Shown: in pieces, positions 10,850 to 24,600 of the stretch
Layout: each line of letters begins with the position of its first letter
Position numbering within the stretch: position 1 is the first letter of the stretch
Assembly: GCF_964204645.1 (NCBI RefSeq)
Contig: NC_134031.1
Location: 16,479,807 to 16,543,806 of the forward strand
Length of the DNA: 64,000 bases
Direction: 5' to 3'
Origin: Tubulanus polymorphus
Lineage: Eukaryota; Animalia; Nemertea
Translations under genes and position numbers: made by a program
Notes under the pieces: generated by a model
The model's input: the letters and a program-made list of their open reading frames with translations, nothing else
Database searches by the model: none
What the model was told of the DNA's origin: nothing

Positions 10850-13216
10850 GTGAGTATATATATTATTACACAGTGACCTGCTTGTTTTCGGATTTATTTG
10901 TCGTGTACTTTGCGAGCTTTTGTTTTCAAATCTAGAATTAATTTGCTTTTCCAACGTGAAGTGTGTACATAGCCCGACCTATTAATATGTAGGTATATGT
11001 GTTCGAATGTATGTCGGATCCGGGTTTGGTGACGGACCTGTGAAGACATCAAAGTCAGCAAGATAGTTTTGAGATCAGGTTGATTATCTTAAAGTTCAAG
11101 TGTTTTTTTGAAAGAAAAATGGGCAACTATTTTCTAGCAGTAGGCTTTGTATAACGGCCATATAACGGCTTTTGTCATACCTGTCCAATTCCTGTGGTAC
11201 TTGGACAAATTCCTGAAAATGCCCTGTAATGAGAACCTCAGAAATTAAAAGCATGTCTTACCTACTCCTGGCGTGAAATTAGTTCAAACTTTCTTCTCGA
11301 ACACCATATTTGTCGAGAATTATGTATCCTGTTCGGCTTAAAACTTTTGTCGCTGTTAATCTTCATACCTCTGAGAACTCATTGATTCACTAATGAATAT
11401 ATCTAATTAATTTTTTGCTGCTGCTACATTGTGCTGCTAGATAAAAAGGCCGTACTTAAACAATGTTGTAATTATTTTCCCCAAGTTGCTGTAAAAACAT
11501 AGTTTCCAAATGCAAAACAAACGGACAGTGCTTGCTACGATCGTCTTCGTCATTTACGCCAAAGATTCTGCTGAGTGTGACTGACATCTGTAAAGTTGTT
11601 AATTAGCAAAATTAGTTCATAAATCAGGACTGATTCAACGACGAGCTCATTCATCCAGCTTTATAAAGATTAATGGGAGGAAAAGCTTGATTCCGTTATT
11701 TCTGCGGAACAATTTCTATTCTGCCAAAACGTTAGGAATTCTGTAACAACTGGTTGAATTAGAGTTGAAAAATCTTTAGAGGATGTTCTGTTACTGCCCA
11801 ACACAAAATTCTAAGCCGGTAGTCAGCCAGTCTCGGAGAGATACAAAACTGTCTCAATACTTCAATACGAACTGATTGGTTTGTTAGTTTGAGAAAATGG
11901 GTCTGTCTAATTGATATCTGATTGAACATCACTGATTTTGAGTCCCATCTCAAACAATTATTGATAATTTGTCAAACAATTAGCTGTAATTTTGATAACC
12001 CATTCGAGTAGGCTTCCTGATTTAGCTTTACAAGAAAATAGATGCATATTTTCTCTTTTTACCGTAATTAAAGATCTTCTTAGCGAGATATTTTTATTGG
12101 CATGAAATCTGACAATTTAGAAATGGTTTCAACCATGATAATCTTAAATGGGATTTAGACGAAATTTATATCTTGAAATATTAACAAAAGTCGAAATATA
12201 GTTTAATGGATTTGGATTCCCGCTGATATTCAGTGTTAATTGATTCTCGAGATTATGTAAGTAATGGCTCAGTGACTGAAGATCTACACACTAGTCAGTT
12301 GCTACTTTGCTAATTGGTCACATTTGACTGCACTTTATTGTCCGATTGAACAGTTATTATTATTGCGTAGGTCTTACATAATTTATCTCCCCCCTCCTAA
12401 AATCTACCTGTAATCATTTTGTGATATGGTTTATTCCCAAGCAATCGAAGGGCCCCCCACGAACCCCCCTGGTGTCCTCTCAACGGTCAGACGTTACAAT
12501 TATGTCCATTTGTTCGTGGAAATTGTAGTTAGACATTTTGTTTGATGTTATTTTCGAATTCAATAATTCCTAGACAAACTTAAGCGTGGTACTTAGTTTT
12601 ATGTAAACTTACCATATAGGCCCATATAGCGACAAAAATGATATTCCAGCTTTCTTGGTTGTTTGTGGAAATTGTGGTTAGGAGTTTGTTCGATTTTATT
12701 TCGGAATGGAACAAGGATCAAACTAGCGTGGTGCCTAGTCCTATGAAAACTCACCAATTTTCATAATGAGATTATTCTTTTTTCAGCTTTTCCTGCTTGA
12801 TTTGTTTTTGATTGATTGAAATGTATTGTCTTACGGCAATGTGTTAAACCATACTTGGGAAATATCATTCTGAATTGAAATATCTTATTTGTCCTCTTAA
12901 ACTTCTTTAAATGTTTGAAGATTAACGTTTTATTAATCCCTATTTCGGACGTCTTAATCTTCATTCCACCACGGATTAAGTAACATAAATCCTAATGATC
13001 CTAAAACAGCCTGAAGTAATAATCCCTGCAGTGCCGTTACAGTAGCTGGCTGATTGGTCAGCGATCAGGGACAATAACCCAATTGACTATTGCACCAGCT
13101 ATTGTTTGAGATGTTACCCCCAGTCTGTGGGTGCAAACCGGGCAATTGTTAATCAGTGTCTGTTGCTAATTAATTGATGTCTATTCTGGACAGTGATGTG
13201 TACTCATCTGTCTGGG

Positions 13217-13226
13217 TATATATAAA
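13217..13226 (+). promoter_or_regulatory. TATA box of a second p63/73 promoter
   Basis: TATATATAAAA about 140 bp upstream of ATG 13362; reverse CCAAT (CTGATTGG) near 13050. Confidence 0.5.
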
Positions 13227-13361
13227 ATCATAGAGCACCAGTCTGTCAAACACCAGTTGGCATTTATCAGTTGATCTACTGACTTCCTACTAGTGGTGCT
13301 ATATCTCTCATTCATCTTCGGATTTATTCGTTTGCGTTGCGTACAAATATCGGAAAAAAAT

Positions 13362-16300
13362 ATGTTCCCCGAAAGATCACCGTATTCCATGGTCGCGTCT
13401 CCGTATAGAGATTTGGACCCGGCGTTCTATCTCGACGATGAACTTAGTCGTGTAAGTGGTTATTCTTTTTTAAGAGGCAGATTCTTAGATCACTCGAGGA
13501 TTACTAGAAGGCTTTGACTGCTTCATTTTAGCAGTTCAAGTTCGGCTCTATATTTTTTTGGGAAGAAAAATCATCACTCGGGAAAACAAATCGGTAAAAT
13601 GTATTTACAATTATTTTTGCTCTCAATTTTTTCAGCCAATCAAAGAAGAGCCAATAATAACAACAACGGCCATGTCCCAGGAATCGAACAAGTCTCTGAT
13701 GTCGCAGGAGACGTTCGATTTCCTATGGAGCAATCTTCAAGACGTGACATCGAACGGGTAAGTTGCGACAGGTGTTAAAATTTGAAGCATTTACCGATGT
13801 AGTTTCATCTCAGATCTGAGTTTAAAAACTATGGAACTGGGCCCGGAAAAACAGTTTCTTGAACCCGGTCAAAATAATTACATTTATGGCATTTACCTCG
13901 TTCCGTCCATTTTATTGCTTTATATGGGTTTAAAACTGGTCATTGATAATTTTGGGCTGGGCAGTTTAATTCTATGAAACCTATTCGTCATTGGTAATGA
14001 CTTTGTTAAGGTCCGATCGGAATTCCGAGAACTCGATTCTTTACCCGGGAAAAATATTGCCTACAATTAAGACCACTACCGGACAGCGCGGTTTGCGCGA
14101 TCCCTTTGAAAGCTTTCGTCGCGACGAACAATGTATTGTTTAAACGTAAATTTAAATCGCGGTTTGAATTCCAATTTACATTGAGCGCGCTAATATTATT
14201 TGCTCGCCGACGTGACCTTCACGAAGCCAACTATGCAAATCGAGAATCGGTTTTGATTGCTGAGAATTCGTCATAATTTGTCTGAATTCTTAAATTCGAA
14301 TTCGTGTCTGTCGAATTCGATCGCGTTTTCTGTTAGTGTAATTTAATTTATGAGAATTAGTTTTCGAGGTCGGTTAAATTTTCGGCTGATAAGTTCGAGC
14401 TCGCGATGTATACGAAAAACGAATGCTGTTGAAGTATGTCTTATCTGAAATGTGTAAAGTCCATCCCTGATATAATTTATGTATGTAAATACAGAACTGA
14501 TTATGACTACTATTTGAGAGTGGTTTCTGCTCTTTAAGACCTCAACTACTCAAAAAGATATCGAAATACCCTAAAATTGGAATGATTTCTTCAATTTCAA
14601 CTTCTATTTTCGATGTCAAATTACTCTTATCTTTAGTGTAAATTACAACTTAGAGATATCAGGTAGTCCGGTCTGTAGAATAAGTTCATGCTTAGAATAT
14701 GAAAGTCGACAAATTTCGGAAATTTATTCAAAATTTACACCTCTCATCGGGTTGTAGAATATGTACTTTACGCGTCTCGTAAACGTTTTCAGTACACTTA
14801 ACATTTAACGCGATCAACCGAACTTTTCATTCTCGTTTTACCGAGAAAAAGGTCCCTTTTATTCGTTCGTTCATTTGTTTTCGTTAAGAGAAGATTCTTT
14901 TGCGAGAAGAAAACTTCCCGGGCGTTGAACACGTTAACCTATTTGAGCTGTTATGCAAATGAAGACGGTACTGGTTTCATATCAGTGGCACTTCCTGATT
15001 TGTCAACGCGGCGACTTTTTGGAAGCGCTCCAACCAACCGAACCGTCTCATGAGCCACCCCTAGAATTGAATTCAACGTACACGCTGTTGTCTTCGATGT
15101 TATATACGCTGAAAGAATATTACGGCGATTGTACCGCGCGGTCCCCGGGTATTTTATTCTAATTAAGGGTAGCTCGTAACGCGGGATAGGCCCAGGCAGA
15201 CCTGACTTGGCAGCCGAGCCGATTGGATAGGACTATGGCGACTAGTGGAACTATAGTGTATTTCAGCGATAGGTAGGCCATTTTGATTCGCAGTACTGCC
15301 ACTTACTAGACAAACTTTTGAACTTATCACCAAAAACTTTCTAAAATTAAGCGTATTCTTTTTTTTTTTTTTACTAATCGAAATAGCGAGTTTTTTCGTC
15401 AATTCCCTCATTCGATCTCGGCTTCTGCCAATATTGCATGTATTTCACATAATTCTTTTTTCAACTGAATGAAAATCTAGTGGCTCGTTCCTGTTGACAA
15501 TTAATTGAAAAATGGCTAGCCGATTCAAATTGTGAAATAGTCTGACGGATTTACTAACCATCTTCGTAATTTTTGGAACTAACTCTGAGTTTGTTTTTTT
15601 TTTTTTTTCAATATATTCAATATCTGTTTGTCGATAATGCATATATTTTTGTGCAATTCTTTTTTTCGACTTAATGAAAATGAAGTCACTTGATCCTGTT
15701 GACTTTCAATCGAAAAATAGGTAGCTGATTAAGATTGTAAAGTAGTCTGAAATTATTATAACAATCTTCAAAATTTTTGGCAAGCCAATTGTTTGAATAT
15801 TTATTTTCTATTTTTTTTTTTGGTCAGAATTTTTATGAAAATGTTTTTTTTTTGGTTTGGTCATTCTAATCATCGACCTAATAAAATGCACATTTTCCCC
15901 AATGAGTAAAAAATAATTCAGTCAATAGATTCCATCATGATGATTACAATATTTATTCTACGATTAGTGATAGTGAGTATATAGGCACTGTGAGAGGTGG
16001 CTGAAAAACCTATTCCGGGTGGTTCGCATTCATAAACAACTCATCTGCCGGTTTTTCATAATAAATGCGAAGAATCTATTATTCCTAATGATAATTTGTG
16101 ATCGGTAAAGTGTGAAGGACATAGGAGATAATCCCACCCACTTTTCAAGTTGTTTACTACTTTGAAACAAATTGACCCGGTGACTCATCGGGGTGTTTCG
16201 AATGTTATCAATCAGGTTTTTTGATCAATCAATGGAACAGATTTTCCGGGTTCGAACGGAATGCAGATTTTGTTGTCTTATATCGCTAATCTAATTCCAA

Positions 16301-19300
16301 TTCGCTGTCAATTACTTACGGGGATATAATTTTAGAAGGGCCCACTAGATTTCATTGCAGGGGGGCCGCTTACCTGGAAATCAGGGAAAACTCGGAGAAT
16401 TTTCTTCTCTTTAAAGAAAGTCGGGAATTTTGTAAAAACAAATTAAAAAACCTAAAAATCTCAGAGAAGGATCTGGGTAATTTGTTGAGATTACTTGATC
16501 AACAGTTTCCTTCTACAAATGTCTTATGTATTTGACTCTTAGTTAATTGCATTCTTAGCAGATCAAGTAAAAGAATAGTCGGGGAATAAGCAAGTCAAAT
16601 ATATAAGGCCTCCTTGCATAAATTTTTTTTAATTTTTCAATTTCAAGTGCGTTTGATTTATCAATTAAAGCTGTGTTTAAATCATCTGGATTCCGTAACT
16701 CTGCAATTATGAAAAAATGTCCATTTACGTAAATATAGGTATATCTTGCAGACATCACCAGTGAAAACATAACCATTAAAAGCGATTCTAAGTCGTACAA
16801 TAAATCATCGCAATTCACTGCAATGAATCATTCTATGAGTCTATCGCGAATTGAAACATTGAATGAACGCTTTTTTATTCCATTCAGTAAGATCATATTT
16901 GCGATAAATATGGCTAAATCGTTTGAATGCGTTCCAGCGTTGAGAATTGCTATTTGTATCGAGTAAATCATTCGCTAAAAAACACTTCTATTCATTTTGT
17001 CCCCCTCGAAATGCCAGTTTTACTCGCGTTTTGTTAAAGTCGTCTTGTTTACGAAGAGAGACCTTTTATGAACCAGGGGTCGGGAACTGAATTTTATTCA
17101 TCAGGACATGAATAGAGAATAGGTATAATTCAAGTCCCAAAATAAAACACTGTAGACGTTTTATGTTGACTGTTTATTCGATATGAACAAGCTATAATTT
17201 TCCTAGTGGAATTTCGGAATTTTTATCTCAACATTGCTTGTTTAGGTAAAATATCCAACTCGGTCCAGAAAAAGCAATTTGAGCAATTTTCATTCATCTT
17301 GCACAGAAATCGTGTATCATTTGACCTATTGCAAGTTTACGTATTATGAAATTATGAAATCCTAAAGAAGATATATTTTTAGTATTAAAAAGGGATTGGA
17401 TCATAAACTGTCAGATCATATCAGATAGCTGGTGATAACAAAAAACTACCCTTTCTAAAACGGTGAAATATCAGGTTTTGATTTATGTCAAAATGATAAT
17501 TTTTGTTTTTTTGTTTTTGTTTTTTTCTAATAGGGATCTGTCACAGCTTCACGCGAAAGATGTGGAATATTCGTACGATGATAATTCGAGTGACCATTCG
17601 GCGAGTATACAAGTAGAACGTTTCTCTCTTGGAAGTAGCGCCTATAATCGTTCGGATGTGCTGCCCGACCTCGTAAGTATATCCAAGAACATTTGAGAAA
17701 AGATTCGATCATTTTCTCTAAAACATAATTACCATGCAATAGATGTTTTGTCGACAAAAATAGAGGGCCTGGGTCCGGTGGCCCTCCCCTAAATCCGCCC
17801 CTGACAGTTGTACCTTTATCCTTGATTCGGAACTAATTAATGTCAACCGATTACTGCTGGACTGGGTTCGGATTCATAGCGCGATTTGGAAAAGAAATCA
17901 TGAATCTCGACTTGCGTAACTCGAAATTGTACCGTACTTTTTCAATGCTTTTTATGCACAATGCTGACTGATGCATTGAAAAGTGCACTACCTGCGAAGT
18001 GTACACACTAGGAGGTGTTGGGATATCACTTCTCTAGACATGCCCAGACTTGAATCTTAAAAAGCAGCATAAGCCTGATGAGAGTATTAGTCATTTCATG
18101 TGAAGTCGTTGATACGGAAAATGGACTGTATTCGATCTGCAGGTAGTTGATAGAAATATTTTTTTCGAAATTCCTACCGAAGATCGATTGCGAAATAGGG
18201 ACTAATTTCGATGATGAGTAAGTTGTTGTTATTCGCGGTCGGGATGGGATGGGTCCTTGCTTCCGATGACGTCATGTACAAGTCTGAGCGTGCCTCGAGA
18301 CTTCAGCATGGCGAGGAGCACCCGATACGATCTCCGCAATGGAAAGAAAACGAGAAAATGTTCAGTGCACTTGGTATGAGCTTTATTACTGAATTTGTCC
18401 TTTGAAACTAGAAGGAACTTATAAGAAATATGGCCGCGCCGTTAAAAATCTATAAGTATTGATTGATGTGAATTCTAGATATGTGGTTCCATTAAATTTC
18501 TGTCCGTTGTTTGGTAAGAGCATACGCCGGTACGTAATTTCAGCGCAATTCAATCTAAACCTATAAACCTTTGTACCTGAAACTTCAACGAGTACAATAC
18601 TGAATACACAAATGTTGTATAATGTATTTTACCCCATAGTGGACGTTTCCATAAAGGAAATTCCCCGTATTTTAAATCTGCCTATTTTGTAAGCGGTTGG
18701 TTAAGAAATATAAGACGTTAATTGCGTTTTGAATTCCGGAGTTATTTATCTCGTCTCGTCAGTCGGTGTATAAGTTGAAAAAACGGTTCGAATTCATCGA
18801 TCGCGTTCGTGAAAATATTTCCCTTTTCGTTCTAATGATTTCAACGATTTACTGTTTCAATCATGACCTGCAGTCTTCTGAAATCTTCTGAATACCATTT
18901 AAACGATGAAGATTAGGTTATTCATTGTTTTGTTTTCTTTTATCTTTATAGTTTATCCCGAACAGCGGAGCGAATGGCGTCATGTCTCCAGACTCACAGA
19001 CAGTTACCTCAAGTCCCACATATTCAGTGCCAGACACAAGCACTCAGGTACTTTTCCTAAAATATTCATAACTCAATACTCTCCGTCAAAGGGCCAGTTG
19101 CTTAAAAGTTGGTTAAAGATAACCCATGGGTAAATGCCAGAGTAACAATGAACCTTTAATTGTTACTGTGTCAACTAATTAGCTGTAACCAACTTTTGAG
19201 CAACTGCAGCCTGAATTCTACATTGACATCAGTCTAAGATATTAATTATTGACTTGTGAAAATTTCAGCGATCGCCTGGTCCTTATTCGCCAGTATGTAA

Positions 19301-21635
19301 CAGTACCCCGACTCCATCTGTACCATCAAAGTAAGTACGATACATCAGGTATAGATGTCTCAAATCTTTAAATATTTGTCTATGTTTATCCAAATTCCAT
19401 CGATATCCGTTCTAATGAAATCGTATTTGTTTACAGTACGAATTACTCAGGGGAATATGGTTTCGAAGTGTCCGTGGCGCAGCAGTCAAAAGAGACTAAG
19501 TCGACTACATGGACGGTAAGCAAAAAGACAAGAGGGGCCACTTACTGGAAATCAGGGAACTTCTAATGAAAAAAAATTCAAAATCGGGGAAAAGTCTGGG
19601 AAAAAGCGATTCAAATATAAGTGCCCAACCTGAAACAGCAAGGAGTGAATTCAATAATTTCGAATTGCGACTCTCGAACTTGGAATAAAAACCTGTCACC
19701 CTCAATATCAGTAATCGTTCAAGTTCATTTCATAATTCTTTCAATTTCTGTTTCAGTTTTCTGATCCGTTGAACAAACTGTTCGTTCGTCTGGCCACCAC
19801 TTGTCCGATCCGGTTCCGAACGACGAAGCCTCCGCCTCAGGGCTGCATTATTCGCGCGATGCCGATCTACATGAAGCCCGAACACGTGCAAGAAGTGGTG
19901 AAACGCTGCCCGAATCACGCCACAACAAGAGAACATAATGAGAACCATCCGGCGCCCGAACATCTCGTCAGGTGTGAGCATAAATGCGCTCAGTACTGGG
20001 AGGATCCGTATTCCCATCGTCAAAGCGTCATCATTCCTCACGAGAATCCGCAGGCTGGTAGCGACTGGGTAACCAATCTATACCAGTTTATGTGCTTCAG
20101 TTCGTGCGTCGGTGGTTTGAACCGGCGTCAAGTCCAGGTCGTCTTTACCTTAGAAACAGCGGAGTAAGTTTTCCTAATTTCATCTGATTTGCTAATTTTT
20201 TTTCGCCGATTCATTTCGTAGATATTTGATGAATATTTGTATCGTTTTTTTTCCGTAGCACGAAAGTTCTCGGACGTCGCGTCTTCGAGGTCAGGATTTG
20301 CGCCTGCCCCGGCCGCGACCGTAAAGGCGAGGAAGCCAGCCTGAAGCCAAAACCAACGAATGGTGAGTTTATTCAGAATATCGAATAATTTGAGGGTGCC
20401 CACTTAACTGGATATCAGGGAAAAGTCGGGGAATTTTCTTTTCTTTGAAAAAGTCTGAATTCGGTAAAGAAAAAGAAAAACCATTAATCAGGAGAAAGTC
20501 GGAGAAATTGAATGAGATTCAAGATTGCGCATATAATCAAACAGATTCTGTCTGTGTTTTTTTCATATTTGACTTTGTTAACTGATAGAATTCTTAACAG
20601 ATCAAGTTGGGGACAAAGCACGGAAAAAGCAGTCAAATAAAAGTGGCTACCCTGTATTCAGTGCATCGTTATGTTGCGCAATATTTCACTCCGTGTATTC
20701 GTATCATTGTAGTGACGATGTCAACGGAGATATACTCGATCGGCCCGGCGGCTAAACGTAGAAAGTTGAACAGCAACGAAGTCTTCACCGTGCAAGTGCA
20801 CGGGCGCGAGAATTACGAGATTCTCTGTAGGATCCGCGATTCGCTGGAGTTGAGCGCGATGGTGTCGGCGGACCACGTTACCGCGTATAAGCAGCAACAA
20901 CAGCAACAAGAGAGTATTCAGAAACAGTAAGTTTGAAGATTCTGTTGAAACAGTATAACTGTTTCTCTCTATTCGTGCTTTCTCCGTGCTGTTTAGTGCC
21001 TAGGACTCGAGCAAACTCGATAGACTCCTTCTTGTTCTCGATTCTTTGCTGTTTACCCATGAAAACTGGTTTGAACGTTTCGAGCATCGTTTTGAAAATT
21101 GATGCACTCTTCTTAAAATGCTTTTATATGAGCTTAGATTTCTTGCTTTTAGCTCTTTTACTTCGATGCCTTTCAAAGGACCTTCCCACTTCCCCATTTT
21201 AAGTGCCGCAAATTAAAACTATCGAAGGCAAATCTGTCTCTTTTCCGATATGAATGTAGCCTGTTGCAAAAAAGCAAGCCCACTTCCCCGGTCCTGCCCT
21301 CAATCTGTATTGAAAAATCATACCGGTATATCAAAGAACTGTTTTGATTTTACCAGATCTCTCATCAGACGAAGGTAAAAAAAAGTTTTCTGTTCATTTC
21401 GTGATCTAACATTGGTGTTACGTATGAGTCCAGTTAATGCTTAGCGAAAGTTTGGTATTTGACACAAATGAAGTGCAGTGCTATTTGGTATCTCATGATC
21501 AGTAATGGATTTGTGAAATTTGCAAGATATTTTTAACAAGCCCGACAGTTGTTCAGAGGTCTGACATTTGGTTTGAGGATGAATTTTCGTTTTGAGATCT
21601 TCGTTTTCATCGTTATTTGTCATCGTTCTCATTAT

Positions 21636-21698
<63 letters not shown>

Positions 21699-24600
21699 TA
21701 TTTGGTGTTAATACTCAGAAATAATGCACCATTTGGTTGAATCCTGGCATTGAATAAATGCGTCAAATAATTCTATTTGTTTGAAGACAAGTTTTGTCAT
21801 CTTTGTTTATTGAACAAATGTACAAATCAGCGATCAGTACTTCATCTGTACTTGGATCGAATCAGAGGATCAGAAGATAGTGAATTTGATAAGATATAAA
21901 CATCTCTGATGATATATTTGTAATGATTATTATTATCATGATTAATTATCTTTACGATAATTTTGTCTGAAACGCGTGGAAACGCGTTTATTCTAGATAA
22001 GTACTACGACAATTCTAACCAAGCCATCTGGTGCATTATTTCAGGGTCGTTACAACGAAAATCGCGAAACAACACAATCGAGCCGTTCCTCCTCAACCGT
22101 CGTCATCGTCGTCGTCATCGAAAAAGGTCATCGCGCAGCCGTTGAAGGTCCCGATCGGTGCGGCCGTCTCTGCGGCCATCCCTCAGCCCGTCGAGTATCC
22201 TCCGTCGAGATTACCGGGAATAAACGCAATGTTGTCGCTGTGATCGCCTGCTGCCCGTTGTTCAATAGTTGGAAAGCCGTCTGCCCATAACAGAGAGTAC
22301 CCGTTTGGTGATTGAGTACCTATCTACCCGTTGAGTAGCCGTCTGCTGGTTGAGTCAAGCAGCCGTCTGCCTGCTACAGAGTCAAGAATTGTCACCGATC
22401 AGAATGAACTGAGTAGTCTGAAAGCGCATACCGGTAGACCTACAGCGATAGAACTATCGTCATTGTACATAGAGTGTTTTAGCTGTGTTTGATATTCAGA
22501 TTGTTCGGGTTCAGGGATTTAAGAATGTATTTCTAGATATTCTGTGTAGAGTACGACGCGAATGCATAATTCACATTCTGTGAGCTATTTCTCTTTTTTT
22601 ACGACTTTGCATTTATTTATGCTCGAGCTATTGGCATTTTTTCTTCACGTATTTCTAGAGAGTATTATTATCGCCGACGAAAAAATAAACACATTAAAAC
22701 GAAAATGCATGTATTTCTAAAAAAAAAAAAAAAACATGACAGTTACATTTTGCATTTTGAATTTTTACACAAAATCTTAACGATATTTTAACTAACCAGT
22801 AGTTTGATTGTGAAAATAGATACTAATGAAATTCTTTGAAAAAATCATGTCCTAATTGAAGAATTGTACACTATTTTGTTCTACGGAAATTTTTACAAAC
22901 TGTATTCGATAAAATAGTTTTGATTTCGCATAGTCTGCATGTAGTTTATCTAATCATTAGCTCGCTTATATAGATGTCTAGTAGTATTGAATCTCTTTAC
23001 GAAGTAAACGTTTTGCCCTTCTTCAGGTAGCTGTTATCTCTGTTTATTGAATCTTCTTATCACGTTCAGTAAGCCCTCTCCACTTGAGAGACAAACTGAA
23101 ATAAGATAAAAGCGTAGATAAATGAGTTTTTTTTTTTTTTGTTTAGTCTTATTTTTTTATCAACAAATAAGAAGAAAATGAATAAATCCATGGCAAAGGG
23201 AATGTTTTATATTTTTCATATCAAGTTAGTTCACTTTTACCTTCTGTGTTCGAAACTTTATACTCATATTTGTCAAATCGGTATTTAATCATATTCCGCG
23301 TGTTAATGCTGTCTATTTGAATTTCGATTTCTGCCCGGAAAATCATCCCTTATGAATTGCACAGAATCTCTGGGCTGGATGGCAAAGTCAGACTGGATAC
23401 TAGTACTTATATCGTACATCTTCATCTATCCTCCAATCTAATGGAGAATTACTTAAAAACTAGATGAGTTGATCCAGATTAAGTTGAATTCAGCCAGTTG
23501 AGAAGACAACTAACAAGCTAGAATATAATTTCTATGTAAATAAAGTATATACACCGGTAGTGTATACGACGGATGGTTCAAAATGTATCGCGCATAGTTC
23601 AAACTGTGCTACTCGATCAAAAATTCTTTTCAACGAGGGCGATTTTAATTTGAATGGAATTTTATCATCGAGTTCGAATTTTAAATCTGAAAGAAAGCCT
23701 TAATTTTATACGTCGTTATAAAAGTGTTTCAGAGACAAAGAAATGGATGCCAAAATATTAACTTACTGAATGTATGATGTGGTATGCGGTATGTGGTATT
23801 TACGGATGTGCTCTCTGTGAGTATAATTCATTGAATGAAGACATCTACTAAGGCTTACTTGCTTTTCATGGTTAAAGTTTTCATCACGTGTCGCATTGTT
23901 TTCATGTAATTACTGTGACATGATGAAAACACTCCTGTCATTTTCGAATCAATGATTAGCGATTGGAGCTACTTGATAATTACTGCATCGGACACTAATT
24001 TGCCATCTAAATTAGTTGTTTTCTTCTTGTGTTGTCAGAAACCTAATGTTGTATTGTAATAATGATATTATTATTATTATTTGAATGTTTTTTGTTTTGT
24101 ATGTTGTATATTAGAGTTTATTATTATGTTTATTATATTTCTGTCATTATGACTAGTATTGACTCACAAAACATGAAATGAACATTGAGCTTGGTATGAT
24201 ATCAGTGAGTTCATATACCGGTATATCTAGTAAGTGGGATATGTTATGACTATGCCGTGTAATACTTTGCCTCTGTTTCACTGTCGGTTGAAACTGCTCG
24301 AGATGTCCTCGGTTATAACTAGTCTTACAGATAGGGAAGGGCCAGTTCCATTTTATTCAGTCCAAAAGTAGTCTTAAATCATGAAATCGGCTGTACAACT
24401 AAGATGGTCTGAGACTGATTTTAAGTGTAAGCCATGATTATGGAAGCGACCCCTGATTTATCGCAGATTTCTTATACCGCCTAGATATTCATTGTTAAGT
24501 GTCAGAAATTTGAATCTACAAAGAACGCACATTTGTTGTTTATTGGTATATCATTGTATGTATTATGATGCGGTGGGATCAGAGTACTAAGTATTTCTAT

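Noticed and set aside
18211-18405. ORF-track frame ([10 protein letters not shown]...) as the deltaN N-terminus
   Set aside because: It reaches donor 18373 in phase 1, out of frame with exon 18952; the ATG 18266/18308 frame fits.
21441-21740. Poly-His and poly-Met ORFs
   Set aside because: Artefacts of the (ATC)n microsatellite in a p63/73 intron.
22244-22390. Stop-codon readthrough after the short terminal exon
   Set aside because: TGA-T context, only about 23 codons to the next stop; degenerate GCCGTCTGC repeats explain the composition.
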